Positions 1-8,511 of a stretch of 32,831 nucleotides of DNA are shown here, piece after piece. Position 1 is the stretch's first letter. The number at the start of each line of letters is the position of its first letter. A model generated the notes under the pieces. It worked only from the letters and a program-made list of their open reading frames with translations, did no database searches and was not told the origin of the DNA. The stretch lies in IMG/VR virus record IMGVR_UViG_3300045988_100479, positions 1 to 32,831 of that record; one strand, written 5' to 3'. A program made the translations under genes and the position numbers. The stretch is from a virus.

Positions 1-55
1 TCACTGTGCGCACTTTTGTGCTCCAACAATTTCAATTATAGGCAAGAAGTTTCAA
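1..55. repeat. Terminal direct repeat copy 1 (identical to 32777..32831); likely k=55 circular-assembly overlap
   Basis: Exact 55-nt identity between the window start and end was read directly from the sequence. Confidence 0.9.
6..21. promoter_or_regulatory. Operator-like palindromes GTGCGCAC (6..13) and GCAC-N4-GTGC (10..21) in the cro/cI switch region
   Basis: Overlapping dyad symmetries between the divergent promoters. The same sequence recurs at 32782..32797 because of the terminal repeat. Confidence 0.4.
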
Positions 56-62
56 ATTGCAA
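35..62 (-). promoter_or_regulatory. Candidate early promoter for cro-like gene: -35 TTGCAA (57..62), 16-bp spacer, -10 TATAAT (35..40) on minus strand
   Basis: Sigma70-like hexamers with correct spacing upstream of the cro-like gene. The gene continues across the circular junction; its RBS AAGGGGGTGAG is at 32760..32770. Confidence 0.45.
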
Positions 63-104
63 TAGGTTTTTCTAAAAATGTAAAAACTTACTTTTATTTT
101 TTGC

Positions 105-130
105 ACACTTTAGTGTTTACAGTGAACACT
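105..130. promoter_or_regulatory. Operator-like dyads ACACTTTAGTGT (105..116) and AGTGTT-N7-AACACT (112..130) overlapping the cI promoter -35
   Basis: Repeated ACACT/AGTGT half-sites in inverted orientation within the switch intergenic region. Confidence 0.4.
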
Positions 131-145
131 CATAGATTATATAAT
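116..145 (+). promoter_or_regulatory. Candidate promoter for cI-like repressor/integrase operon: -35 TTTACA (116..121), 18-bp spacer, -10 TATAAT (140..145)
   Basis: Perfect -10 hexamer and near-consensus -35 about 55 bp upstream of the ATG at 202. RBS AAAGGAG lies at 184..190. Confidence 0.45.
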
Positions 146-201
146 TACCTTAGCAAACGTGGTGGTACCAACGTTTAGCAGGGAAAGGAGTCGAAATTTG
201 G

Positions 202-510
202 ATGGCATTTACTGACAACTTGCAGTCTCTTATGAGCGCAAAAGGGATATCCCGTCGAAAATTGGCGAAAGAGTGCGGCATAAGCCCCAGCGCGGTGAAC
301 AGCTGGTTCAACCGTAGCGCCGAGAACATCAGCCTGCAAACACTGAAGAAGCTGTCGGAATACTTCGGCATAAGCATCGAGGAGCTTGTCCACGGTACGA
401 AGACGCGGCACGAGCTGGTATTCACAAGCGACGCATACACGGAAGAAGAGCTCGCGCAGATTAAGCAATTCGCGCACTTTTTAATAGGACAACGAGAAAG
501 GAATGATTGA
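202..510 (+). CDS. XRE-family HTH transcriptional regulator (cI-like repressor, no peptidase domain)
   Basis: 102 aa. The HTH segment SRRKLAKECGISPSAVNSWFN is typical of XRE/Cro-C1 family. ATG at 202 has RBS AAAGGAG. It is divergent from the cro-like gene and its stop overlaps the int RBS. Confidence 0.7.
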   Translation: MAFTDNLQSLMSAKGISRRKLAKECGISPSAVNSWFNRSAENISLQTLKKLSEYFGISIEELVHGTKTRHELVFTSDAYTEEELAQIKQFAHFLIGQRERND

Positions 511-513
511 TGA

Positions 514-2016
514 ATGGCATACGCAATGTATCTGCGCAAGTCACGCGCAGACGAGGAACTTGGATACGAGAACACACTTGAGAGACACGAGGAAATGCTG
601 CGCAACCTCGCGGCGCAGACTGGAATACACGTAGACGAATCGCATATATACAGGGAGATTGTCTCGGGTGAGAGCATAGAGGCCCGCCCGCAGATGCAAA
701 GGCTGCTGAAGGCGGTCGAGATGGGGCTATACACTGGCGTCCTTTGCATCGAGCTTGAACGCCTTAGCCGTGGGGACGGAGCAGACCAGCAGCGCATTTT
801 GAAGGCTTTTCAATTTTCAGACACGAAGATAATCACGCTGACGAAGACCTACGACCTTGCGGGAGACGATTCATTCGACGAGGAATTCTTCGAATTCGGG
901 CTTTTCATGAGCCGCCGCGAGTACAAGATGATAAAAAAGCGCCTGTATCGCGGAAGGATTCAGGCGCAGAAGGAAGGTTATTTCATTGGGTCGCGCCCTC
1001 CATATGGGTACGACAAGAAGAGAATCGGCAAGGGCTATGTCCTGGTGCCGAACGAGAACGCCGAAGTGGTGAGATACATCTTCCGGAGATATGCGCAGCG
1101 TGAGACTGCGGCCAACATCCTGCACGACCTCAACAATATGGCCATCCCGACCGTGACTGGCACGAAGTGGACGGCCTACGCTATCCGCGAGGTCATCAAG
1201 AATCAGACATACATCGGCAAGATAAACACCAAGACGGTGAGGTGCGAGAAGTCAATCAAGGACGGGAAGGTCGTTCAAAGGTGGCTCAACAACTACGAAC
1301 CTGTGACGGTTGATGGAAAGCACGAGCCGATAGTGGACGAGGATTTGTTCTGGAAGTGCCAGGAAGTCCGCGACAGCAAGAAGACCAGAACGAGGTCAGA
1401 CCAGACGCTGAAGAACCCATTCGCGTCGATAATGTTCTGCAGCGTGTGCGGTAAGACGATGCGTAGAACCCACTACGATTATAAGGGTGAAAGAACGTTT
1501 TACTACGGATGTCAAACGTCACGCTGCGAGACGAAGAACACATTCACGCACGTCGTATATGACATGGTGATTGACGAACTCAAGAAGGAACTGGAACGCC
1601 AGCATGTCATGCTAGCCGATTACGACACATCGCCAGAGCATGACGCGAGAAAAGACGAACTCGAGATGCTCAGGGCAGAACTCGGCAAGAAGTCGATGAT
1701 GCTTGAGCGGGCATGCGAAGCATACGAGACTGGAATCTACGACCGCCAGACGTATTTGGAGCGCGTGCAGAAGGTCAACGCCGCGAGGGCTGAGCTTAAG
1801 GCAAGGGTCGAGGAACTTGAAGTGAGCATCGATGAAAGCGAGGAAAGGCACCAAAAGGCCGTGCCGATTCTCACGAGGGTTGTCGAGGAAATGCACACCT
1901 TGGAGCCGAAGGAGCAGAACGACCTGCTCAAGATGATTGTCGATAGAATCGAATACGAAAAGACTGAGTCGGGAGCCGCGATTGAACCAACGCTCCGAAT
2001 CAGTCTCAAAATATAA
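514..2016 (+). CDS. int: Large serine recombinase (phage integrase)
   Basis: 500 aa. It has an N-terminal resolvase-type catalytic domain (YLRKSRAD...QMQRLL...ELERLSRGD), a recombinase domain, a Cys zinc ribbon (CSVCGKTM...YYGCQ) and a C-terminal coiled-coil. Confidence 0.9.
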   Translation: MAYAMYLRKSRADEELGYENTLERHEEMLRNLAAQTGIHVDESHIYREIVSGESIEARPQMQRLLKAVEMGLYTGVLCIELERLSRGDGADQQRILKAFQFSDTKIITLTKTYDLAGDDSFDEEFFEFGLFMSRREYKMIKKRLYRGRIQAQKEGYFIGSRPPYGYDKKRIGKGYVLVPNENAEVVRYIFRRYAQRETAANILHDLNNMAIPTVTGTKWTAYAIREVIKNQTYIGKINTKTVRCEKSIKDGKVVQRWLNNYEPVTVDGKHEPIVDEDLFWKCQEVRDSKKTRTRSDQTLKNPFASIMFCSVCGKTMRRTHYDYKGERTFYYGCQTSRCETKNTFTHVVYDMVIDELKKELERQHVMLADYDTSPEHDARKDELEMLRAELGKKSMMLERACEAYETGIYDRQTYLERVQKVNAARAELKARVEELEVSIDESEERHQKAVPILTRVVEEMHTLEPKEQNDLLKMIVDRIEYEKTESGAAIEPTLRISLKI

Positions 2017-2027
2017 GTCTCTCCACC

Positions 2028-2063
2028 ATCATGAAGGCATGCATTTATGCACCCCTCCATGAT
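2028..2063. other. Candidate attP core: imperfect 17-bp inverted repeats flanking a central TT (ATCATGAAGGCATGCAT-TT-ATGCACCCCTCCATGAT)
   Basis: The arms match at 14 of 17 positions around the dinucleotide 2045..2046. The site lies 12 bp downstream of the int stop codon. Serine integrases use short imperfect palindromic att sites with a central crossover dinucleotide. Confidence 0.35.
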
Positions 2064-2113
2064 TCCAGAAACACAAGATGTTGAGGGCGCATCAATAGGT
2101 ATACACAACATAT

Positions 2114-2144
2114 GGGGGGAAACCGCTTGGTTTCCCCCTTTTTT
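2114..2144 (+). terminator. Rho-independent terminator after int (stem GGGGGAAACC/GGTTTCCCCC, loop GCTT, then TTTTTT)
   Basis: Perfect 10-bp stem followed by a T6 run on the + strand. It sits between the convergent int and tail-fibre genes. Confidence 0.8.
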
Positions 2145-2229
2145 GCGCTAAATGCCCCTACACCCACTAGGGCCTGCCATTTCTAACGCCTTAGAACGCC
2201 CCACAGCAAGCCGTCTACCATGGGAAACG

Positions 2230-3984
2230 CTAGGCGTTTCTCTTCCACATGTACACGGCCAGATACGGCGGCATGTTGTTGTGCGCCTTGCCGCCGCCCG
2301 CGTACATCGTCTGGACGTTGCCGCCATAGCCTTTCTTGTCTTGCGCTTGCACCGTCATATAAGGCGTTGCGTTGCCCGCCGCGTTGAGGTTGTCAATCTC
2401 GTGGTTGTGTCGCGGCATTTCGTCAGCCGTCAGCGTGTGCGCGACTTCGCCGCCCGTGCTCCCGCCCTCGTATGTCGAATCGGCTCCAAGAAGGAAGCGC
2501 CCGCCGATGCGCTCCCACGTCCCGCCGAACAATGCAGCGGGATTCGCGTCGGTCACGCTCAGGTAGATTGCCCCGACCGGGTAGGCTCCCTGAGCCGTGA
2601 GCCATGCCGAATCGCCGAGTTGCAGAACGTCAGATTGGCTCGGCAGGCAGTTCACGCCGACGCTCGACTTCTTTGTGTCGATGAAGAACGCGGGGATGCC
2701 CTTTCCGAGCGTGAGGTTGTACTCGGTCGATTCAAGCTTGTCCGCGATGGTCACAACGAAGTCGTAGGCGGAATCCCTGTCGCACGTCACCGTGGATTGG
2801 ATGGAATCGGCCAGCTCGATTGACGCCCCATAGCTCGAATCCGAAACCTTCTTGAACTTCGCCGTGATGGTGACGGAGTTCTTGCCATTCAAATACGAGT
2901 AGCGGGCGCTCGCCGTGATGTACGTCTCCGGCTCGAAGTTGTTCAGGCGGTGAAGGTCGATGACGGCAGTCGGTGCGCCGTAGTCGTCAACCGTCACCTG
3001 CACGGATTTGCTAGCGGTTAACCCGCGGCTGTCCTTTGCAGTGACGGTCAGCGCCTGCGAATACGAAACGTCAACAGCTCCGAGCGAGACGGCCCCCGCA
3101 GCCGTCACAGTCTTCGTCACCCCGCCGAAGGCGATGGCATAGCTCGCGATGGTCGCGCCCTTCTTCGCCGTCGCAGCTGGAATCGTCACGGTCAACGCTG
3201 AGTGGTTCTGGATGATTCGGGACTTGTCTCCAGTCACGGCCACCGTGGAGGCATTGGTGTCCTCATACGTGACGGCCCCAAGTTCGGGCGCCGCATTAAC
3301 GACGTTCATCTTCCTTTCGGCCCGCGAGTAGTAGGCCGTGCCGTCGATGGTAGTTTTCAGAACGTATGCGACCTTGAGCGTCTGAGAGTTCCTGCTTGCG
3401 TTGCGCAGGGTCGTCCGCTCCGAGTCGGTGAGCCGCATCTCATAAGAGCCGCCCGCGCCGCTTATCGCTCCGGCCCTCGTGATGCTCCCGCCCGCGAACT
3501 CGATTGAAACGTCGCACGCGAAGCTAGACGGGTTGTTGTAGGTGAGCGTCGGGTCGGTCTCGTCCGTGAAGTCGTTGGCGGTCACGATGGTCGCGTTTCT
3601 GGCTATCCTGTCGAGCGAGATGGAGCCAGATGCCGTGATGCTCCCGACCTTCTTGCCGTCAATCGTGGCGTTGATGTTGAACGTGTCGATAAGTTGCGCG
3701 GTCTTCGTGCCGTCGGAGTCATGCGCGACCCTGTGGACGGTCGTGCCGAGAAGGACGGTGCCGCCCTTCTGGTTGATGGCCCCAGAAGTGTAGCCCTGCG
3801 AGACACCTCCGACTGAGCAGGTGTTCGTGCGCGAAGCGATGCTCAGCGAGTACGCGGAGCCGATGACGAGCGTGTGTTTGACCGTCACGTCGGAGTAGTT
3901 CCCAGCGGCGTTCTGAACCGCGCTCCAGTCCGCCCGAAGCGTGTAGCCGCGATAAACGCCTGTGATGCTGCCACTTGATGCCAT
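2230..3984 (-). CDS. Tail fibre / receptor-binding protein with C-terminal phage tail-collar-like domain
   Basis: 584 aa. The C-terminal motif GGEVAHTLTADEMPRHNH...NNMPPYLAVYMWKR resembles the phage tail collar domain (H-x-H, MPPY). It is the last gene of the tail module. Confidence 0.6.
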   Translation of the reverse strand: MASSGSITGVYRGYTLRADWSAVQNAAGNYSDVTVKHTLVIGSAYSLSIASRTNTCSVGGVSQGYTSGAINQKGGTVLLGTTVHRVAHDSDGTKTAQLIDTFNINATIDGKKVGSITASGSISLDRIARNATIVTANDFTDETDPTLTYNNPSSFACDVSIEFAGGSITRAGAISGAGGSYEMRLTDSERTTLRNASRNSQTLKVAYVLKTTIDGTAYYSRAERKMNVVNAAPELGAVTYEDTNASTVAVTGDKSRIIQNHSALTVTIPAATAKKGATIASYAIAFGGVTKTVTAAGAVSLGAVDVSYSQALTVTAKDSRGLTASKSVQVTVDDYGAPTAVIDLHRLNNFEPETYITASARYSYLNGKNSVTITAKFKKVSDSSYGASIELADSIQSTVTCDRDSAYDFVVTIADKLESTEYNLTLGKGIPAFFIDTKKSSVGVNCLPSQSDVLQLGDSAWLTAQGAYPVGAIYLSVTDANPAALFGGTWERIGGRFLLGADSTYEGGSTGGEVAHTLTADEMPRHNHEIDNLNAAGNATPYMTVQAQDKKGYGGNVQTMYAGGGKAHNNMPPYLAVYMWKRNA

Positions 3985-3999
3985 TGCTCTCCCTCCTTC

Positions 4000-5646
4000 C
4001 TATGCCAGCGCTACGAAAGCAATGCCAGTGCTTGCGTCCGTCTTGATTGGTACCATCTTCATCAGGCCGCCCACCGCGAGCGAGCTATCTACGTAGCCGT
4101 TCGCCATGTAGAACACTCCATCCGTCACGCCGTAGGTCGGGTTGCCCTGCGCGTCGTACCCGACAAGGCCCTGCGAAGCGTTGATTTCGATGCGCGAGCC
4201 GTCGTTGGCCCACATGCGCAGTCCGTCCTTGTCGAGCTGCCCCAGAAGCGAGCCGCCCGCAGAGCGAACCTCCATCACGCCGTTTCCGTTTTCAGTCCCT
4301 CCGAGCTTCAGCGTGCCGCCCTTGATTAGGTCTGCCACGAAGTTGATGACGTTGATGTGCTGCATGTTCATCGTGCCGTCGATGCCCCAAGCGCTCTCGA
4401 AAGTCCCAGCGATTCCGTTGCGCGAGAACGCGATTCCGTGGTCGTTTATCATGATTACGTTGTGCGCTTCCTCCTTCGGCAGCGTGTCGAGCACAAGGAT
4501 TTTCGAGCCGTCATAGATGACGTAGGAAGCACCCATCGACTGCGTGATGCTCTGCGTCACCGTGTCGGCGACCCCTTGAATTGCGTTGCTGACAGTGCTC
4601 TGCGCGGCGCTCTGTGCGGACGATTGAAGCGACCCCGCAAGCCCGCTCAGCGTCTTCGTGAAGTTCCCGAACTCAAGTTCGGTGTACTTCCCGAGGATGC
4701 AGTCATACGTGAAGCCGATGACGCTTGTCTGTATGTGGACGCCCAATCGCTCGTCGATGACCTCCACCGTATCACCGATGTCTGTCACTCGCTCCATGTC
4801 TGCCTTGAGCGTGTAATTGACCTTCGGCATGCAATTTTTGTTGACGTAATCCTGCGCCTGCCGTCTCAGGTCATCGACAAGGGCCTTGCGGTAGGCCGTC
4901 TCGTCGTTGCCGTAATCTTCCTTCTTGATGTCTGATTGCGAGAACGAGACGGTCTTGGTATATGGAATCGGCCACTTCTGCTCGCTCTCGACGTAGATTG
5001 ACGCGCCCGCGTTCTGGTCGTTGAGAAGGATGCCATCCGCACCGACTGGCAGCAGCTTCGTAACGACGCTGCTCCAATCCTCCTCGCACGTCAGCTCCTT
5101 GAGGTTCTTCCTGTACCTGACGGTCACGCCGTTGTCTGCCCCGATTGACTGGCGAAGCTCGATGCGGAAGTTGTCGCGCACCAGATGGCCGCCCCAGCGC
5201 TCGACGACCGTCTGGACTGCCTCGTATAGGGACTTCCGGACGCAGCGGAATGAGCCAATCGTCTGCACGTCGGAGATTGTGGCGAACTCGCTCCTCGGCT
5301 CCGTTGCTTCGTTCAGGTGGTCGAGCGCCTGGTTGGCGGTCATGTCCACGACGTACGAATCCGAGATGAGGTAGTTCTTTGAATCGTAGAAGACGTGCCA
5401 CGCCTTCAGCGAGACCTTGGTGCTCTTCTTGGTCACGCCCGAGATGCGGAAAGCCTGCGCACCCTGCGGCGTGTCGGCCACGACTATCCGCCCGCTCGTC
5501 AGGTAGTCGGCGTAACTCGTGCTCGCTTCCAAATCGAGGTAGTAGTCCCCGTTGTCCTTCTTGGTGACCTTTGCCTTCGTCGGCAGAAGGACTACATCGC
5601 CGTTGCTTGCAAAGTCCTTGTCGGTGCTTTGAAATACCCGAATCAT
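4000..5646 (-). CDS. Phage minor structural protein (putative anti-receptor / tail-associated protein)
   Basis: 548 aa. The N-terminal region resembles siphovirus 'minor structural protein N-terminal region' family members. ATG at 5646 has RBS GGGAGGG. Confidence 0.5.
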   Translation of the reverse strand: MIRVFQSTDKDFASNGDVVLLPTKAKVTKKDNGDYYLDLEASTSYADYLTSGRIVVADTPQGAQAFRISGVTKKSTKVSLKAWHVFYDSKNYLISDSYVVDMTANQALDHLNEATEPRSEFATISDVQTIGSFRCVRKSLYEAVQTVVERWGGHLVRDNFRIELRQSIGADNGVTVRYRKNLKELTCEEDWSSVVTKLLPVGADGILLNDQNAGASIYVESEQKWPIPYTKTVSFSQSDIKKEDYGNDETAYRKALVDDLRRQAQDYVNKNCMPKVNYTLKADMERVTDIGDTVEVIDERLGVHIQTSVIGFTYDCILGKYTELEFGNFTKTLSGLAGSLQSSAQSAAQSTVSNAIQGVADTVTQSITQSMGASYVIYDGSKILVLDTLPKEEAHNVIMINDHGIAFSRNGIAGTFESAWGIDGTMNMQHINVINFVADLIKGGTLKLGGTENGNGVMEVRSAGGSLLGQLDKDGLRMWANDGSRIEINASQGLVGYDAQGNPTYGVTDGVFYMANGYVDSSLAVGGLMKMVPIKTDASTGIAFVALA

Positions 5647-5666
5647 TCAATCCCTCCCAATGTATC

Positions 5667-5700
5667 AAAAAGGGGGGGCGCATGTGCACCCCCCCCAGAA
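5667..5700 (-). terminator. Intrinsic terminator (G7/C8 stem, about 10-nt loop, T5 on minus strand) after the XkdX-like gene
   Basis: AAAAAGGGGGGGCGCATGTGCACCCCCCCC read on the plus strand. On the minus strand the hairpin is followed by UUUUU. Confidence 0.6.
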
Positions 5701-5717
5701 TAGCCGCCTTCGGCCTG

Positions 5718-5837
5718 TCACAGCTCGATGCCGTAAATGTCCTTGTACGCGGCCTTCGTCGCGTCCTTGTACTTTGCTGGGACGCTATCGAAAGTGCGAA
5801 GCCCCTTGAAAATCAAACGCGCGTAGATGTATCCCAT
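5718..5837 (-). CDS. XkdX-like small phage protein (39 aa), not in the ORF table
   Basis: Translation is MGYIYARLIFKGLRTFDSVPAKYKDATKAAYKDIYGIEL. Its size, position in the tail-fibre region and the C-terminal YK..Y..ITG-like pattern resemble the XkdX family. Confidence 0.4.
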   Translation of the reverse strand: MGYIYARLIFKGLRTFDSVPAKYKDATKAAYKDIYGIEL

Positions 5838-5840
5838 GAT

Positions 5841-6161
5841 TTACGCCCCCTCGACGATTCCTGCCACGGCTTCCTGAAGCTCGCTGATTTGCTCGGCGTT
5901 GATTTCGACCTGGTCCTTCACTCGGCTGGTGAAATGGGCGACGACGTTCTCGCCGTCAGTCTCGGCCCTTGCTGAGACGGGGACGAGATGCTGCACCGTG
6001 GCTCCGTCGAAAGCCGCGCCCTTCAGGTTGTTCTCGGTGAACTCGGAGCGGATGGCGTCAAGCTCCGCGAATGTCTTCACCACCGCCACGCAGTCGAGCG
6101 CGGTGCTCGAGTCCGTGAAGTCGATGGTCTTGCCGTTTCCGAACCTCATCGTCTTTGCCAT
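5841..6161 (-). CDS. Hypothetical tail-module protein
   Basis: 106-aa ORF packed tightly between tail genes; no recognisable motif. Confidence 0.4.
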   Translation of the reverse strand: MAKTMRFGNGKTIDFTDSSTALDCVAVVKTFAELDAIRSEFTENNLKGAAFDGATVQHLVPVSARAETDGENVVAHFTSRVKDQVEINAEQISELQEAVAGIVEGA

Positions 6162-6173
6162 TGTTTTCTCTCC

Positions 6174-7403
6174 TTACCAAAGCGGAATCGTCACAATCGC
6201 CCACGAACTCGTGGCTGATTGAGCTTGGTAGCTGTGCATGCTGACATCGCCGTTTTTCCCGACGAAAATGCCAGCGCAGGCGTTCTCGGAATAATTGTAC
6301 ACCGGCGCGTAGAAGTCCATCTGCGGACGGTAGCCAAAGGGCAGTGTGCCTGCCTTCCACCAGCTCGTGCCGAGCTTGCCAACATGAGCTCGGACGTAGA
6401 GCACGCTGTGCCGCTTCGTGTAGTAGACGCTCCAATCTTTCGAAGAGTACAACTCGTGCCACGTGTCGGTCTCGCCTACCGCCCTCGCAAGCTTCCTAAT
6501 CTCGGCTGAAACCGTGGTGTCGGTCGAGTTGCCATCGGAAATGGCGTCTCCCTTGGCGATTGCAGCCGTCGCCCTGCGCAAAAGGCCGTTGACCACCATG
6601 TAGTCTCCGTCAGCGTACGCATGCGACGCCATGGCCGTTGATTCGACCAGCTCCGTGCGCACGATTGTCGACACGTTGGCCTTGTCCTCGGGGGCTGGTG
6701 TCCAATCACTCGGCTTGGTGCCGCGCTCAAGCATGGGCAAGGCGATGGACAGCTTCGCGCCAACGGAAGTCCGCCAAACGAGAATATTTTCAGTCGTGCT
6801 CCCAACGGTGCTGCTGAGCTTGTATGCGACCGTGCAGCGCGTCCAGTCGGAGACGGTGCTTCCATTTGCGATGAAAGTCGCAGTACCGTTTGCCGATGCA
6901 TTTTGCGTGGTAGTTCCGTTTACCGTCACGGCAGTTCTTAGAACGGGCGTGCAGCCGTCGGGGCCTTCGAAGTTCGTGTAGCACCCACCGATGCCCTTGA
7001 ACCAGAAGCTAGCCGTGTACACCGCACCGGCAGTGCCGGTGCCATGCAACTGCCACTTCACTACTGACACATCTTTATTTCCTGCCGTGTTGTCGAATGA
7101 CAGCACCGTGCAGTCGGTTCCGCCCACTGTCTCGGTGGAGCAGGTCGCTGTAGATTCCTTAAATACCGCGCCAGAAAAGTCCCTCGACCCGCGCAGAAGG
7201 TTCCGCCCGCCGATTTCGAAAGTGTCAAAGTCGGCGCCGTCCTTGCCGTTTGTGACGTTGAAGTTCGACTTCCTCCCGTCGGTTAGAGTCACCGTGTATG
7301 TATCGACCAGCCCGTTGGTGGCCGTCTTGTCGATGGACTTGATGCTCGAGCCAGGCTCGCCCTTCAGCATCATCACTTTGACATGCTCGTCTATTTTTGC
7401 CAT
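6174..7403 (-). CDS. Putative tail fibre / receptor-binding protein (collagen-like G-x-x N-terminal segment)
   Basis: 409 aa. The N-terminus KGEPGSSIKSID...NGKDGADF is collagen-like and the C-terminal half is rich in Trp, Tyr and Gly. RBS AAAGGGGTGA. Lies downstream of Dit. Confidence 0.4.
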   Translation of the reverse strand: MAKIDEHVKVMMLKGEPGSSIKSIDKTATNGLVDTYTVTLTDGRKSNFNVTNGKDGADFDTFEIGGRNLLRGSRDFSGAVFKESTATCSTETVGGTDCTVLSFDNTAGNKDVSVVKWQLHGTGTAGAVYTASFWFKGIGGCYTNFEGPDGCTPVLRTAVTVNGTTTQNASANGTATFIANGSTVSDWTRCTVAYKLSSTVGSTTENILVWRTSVGAKLSIALPMLERGTKPSDWTPAPEDKANVSTIVRTELVESTAMASHAYADGDYMVVNGLLRRATAAIAKGDAISDGNSTDTTVSAEIRKLARAVGETDTWHELYSSKDWSVYYTKRHSVLYVRAHVGKLGTSWWKAGTLPFGYRPQMDFYAPVYNYSENACAGIFVGKNGDVSMHSYQAQSATSSWAIVTIPLW

Positions 7404-7420
7404 TCAGTAATCACCCCTTT

Positions 7421-7783
7421 TTAAAATGTAACGTCCTGCATGAGTTCGAGCACCCCGCGCATGACCGTGAACACGTCCCCGTTGCACCCGATTTCCAAAT
7501 CATAGAAGTACTTGCCAGGCTTGGCGTTTGCCGTGTCGCCCGGGGCAACCCGCACGGCGTATGCGCCTGGCCCCATCTTCGAGATGCCGTCCGAGAGGGA
7601 CTTCTGGAAAAGGAATCGGGCGTCGCTGCGGTTGGACTTGCAGGTGAAATAGGCCCGCTCCAAGTCCTGCCCGAATGGCGCTCCCTCATCGTCGAAGACC
7701 TGAATGCCGAAGGAAAGGGTGTCTCCGCGCGACATGCGGATGTACTTGTCCTCCATTGTGAAATTCGTCCGCATCACAGCCAC
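7421..7783 (-). CDS. Hypothetical tail protein
   Basis: 120 aa, overlaps the Dit stop by 10 nt. No recognisable motif. Confidence 0.4.
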   Translation of the reverse strand: MAVMRTNFTMEDKYIRMSRGDTLSFGIQVFDDEGAPFGQDLERAYFTCKSNRSDARFLFQKSLSDGISKMGPGAYAVRVAPGDTANAKPGKYFYDLEIGCNGDVFTVMRGVLELMQDVTF

Positions 7784-8469
7784 CTCGAATAGTCTTCTAC
7801 CGTGATTCCGGTAACGTCCCCGCTACATGATATTACGTTCTCCCCGACATTCAGGCGCACGTCTGAGTAGTCGCCAGAGACGGAGCGGTTCATGAGCGCG
7901 TCGCCGTGGCGGGCGTTCATTTCCTCTGCGTCAATCGTGATGTAGCCATCGCCGATTGCCATGGTCAGCACCGTTACAGAGTTGATTGCCAGCTCGACGC
8001 TGCCGCTGCCGTACACTGTGACTGTCGGCCTTGAGGAGACGTTGCCGCGGTTCCGCAGCGTGACCGACTTCTGCCCCACGGCTTCGAAGACCCTGTCAAC
8101 CGCGTCATACTTGAATGGCTGCACGTGCATCTTCACCTTGGCCGTTCGGAACCTCACCAGGCGCTCGAAGTCGATTTGGTCGAGTATCTGGTATCGGTAA
8201 TACTTGTCGCGTTCGTTGCTGAAGACGACCTCGCCCTCGGAATCGAAGAAGGCGATTGCATCGTCAATGTCGAAGTCACCATGGAGGCCGATGCTGACCT
8301 CCTTGTCATACGCCGCATAACCCAGCTTCGTGACTATGTCGCCGTCGCGCCCGTCGATTTCCTCGATTGACGTGCGCACCTTCGGCTTGGTAATCGGCGG
8401 AAGCGACTGGATGATAAGCCCCTTGACGTTGGTGCTCTTCTCGCCGTTGAGTTCGATGTAGTTAATCAT
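7774..8469 (-). CDS. Distal tail protein (Dit)
   Basis: 231 aa, immediately downstream of the tape measure gene, which is the typical siphovirus Dit position. Confidence 0.65.
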   Translation of the reverse strand: MINYIELNGEKSTNVKGLIIQSLPPITKPKVRTSIEEIDGRDGDIVTKLGYAAYDKEVSIGLHGDFDIDDAIAFFDSEGEVVFSNERDKYYRYQILDQIDFERLVRFRTAKVKMHVQPFKYDAVDRVFEAVGQKSVTLRNRGNVSSRPTVTVYGSGSVELAINSVTVLTMAIGDGYITIDAEEMNARHGDALMNRSVSGDYSDVRLNVGENVISCSGDVTGITVEDYSRWL

Positions 8470-8484
8470 GTAAACACCTCCTAT

Positions 8485-8511
8485 TCGCGTAAATTACGCG
8501 TAATTACGCGT
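8485..8511. repeat. Tandem/inverted TTACGCGTAA repeats including the 16-bp perfect palindrome ACGCGTAATTACGCGT (8496..8511) between TMP stop and Dit start
   Basis: Read directly as CGCGTAAATTACGCGTAATTACGCGTAAATCGC. The unit TTACGCGTAA is itself palindromic. Confidence 0.7.

Noticed and set aside
2152-2823. Long plus-strand ORFs embedded in minus-strand genes (2152..2823, 4357..4935, 8667..9401, 10790..11686, 13844..15118, 16532..17707, 21032..21994, 24879..25610, 27297..28136, 30110..30736 and others)
   Set aside because: They are antisense to well-supported phage genes with recognisable domains. They have Arg/Ala/Pro-rich low-complexity translations typical of high-GC frame artefacts. They lack RBSs and break the otherwise unidirectional gene organisation.
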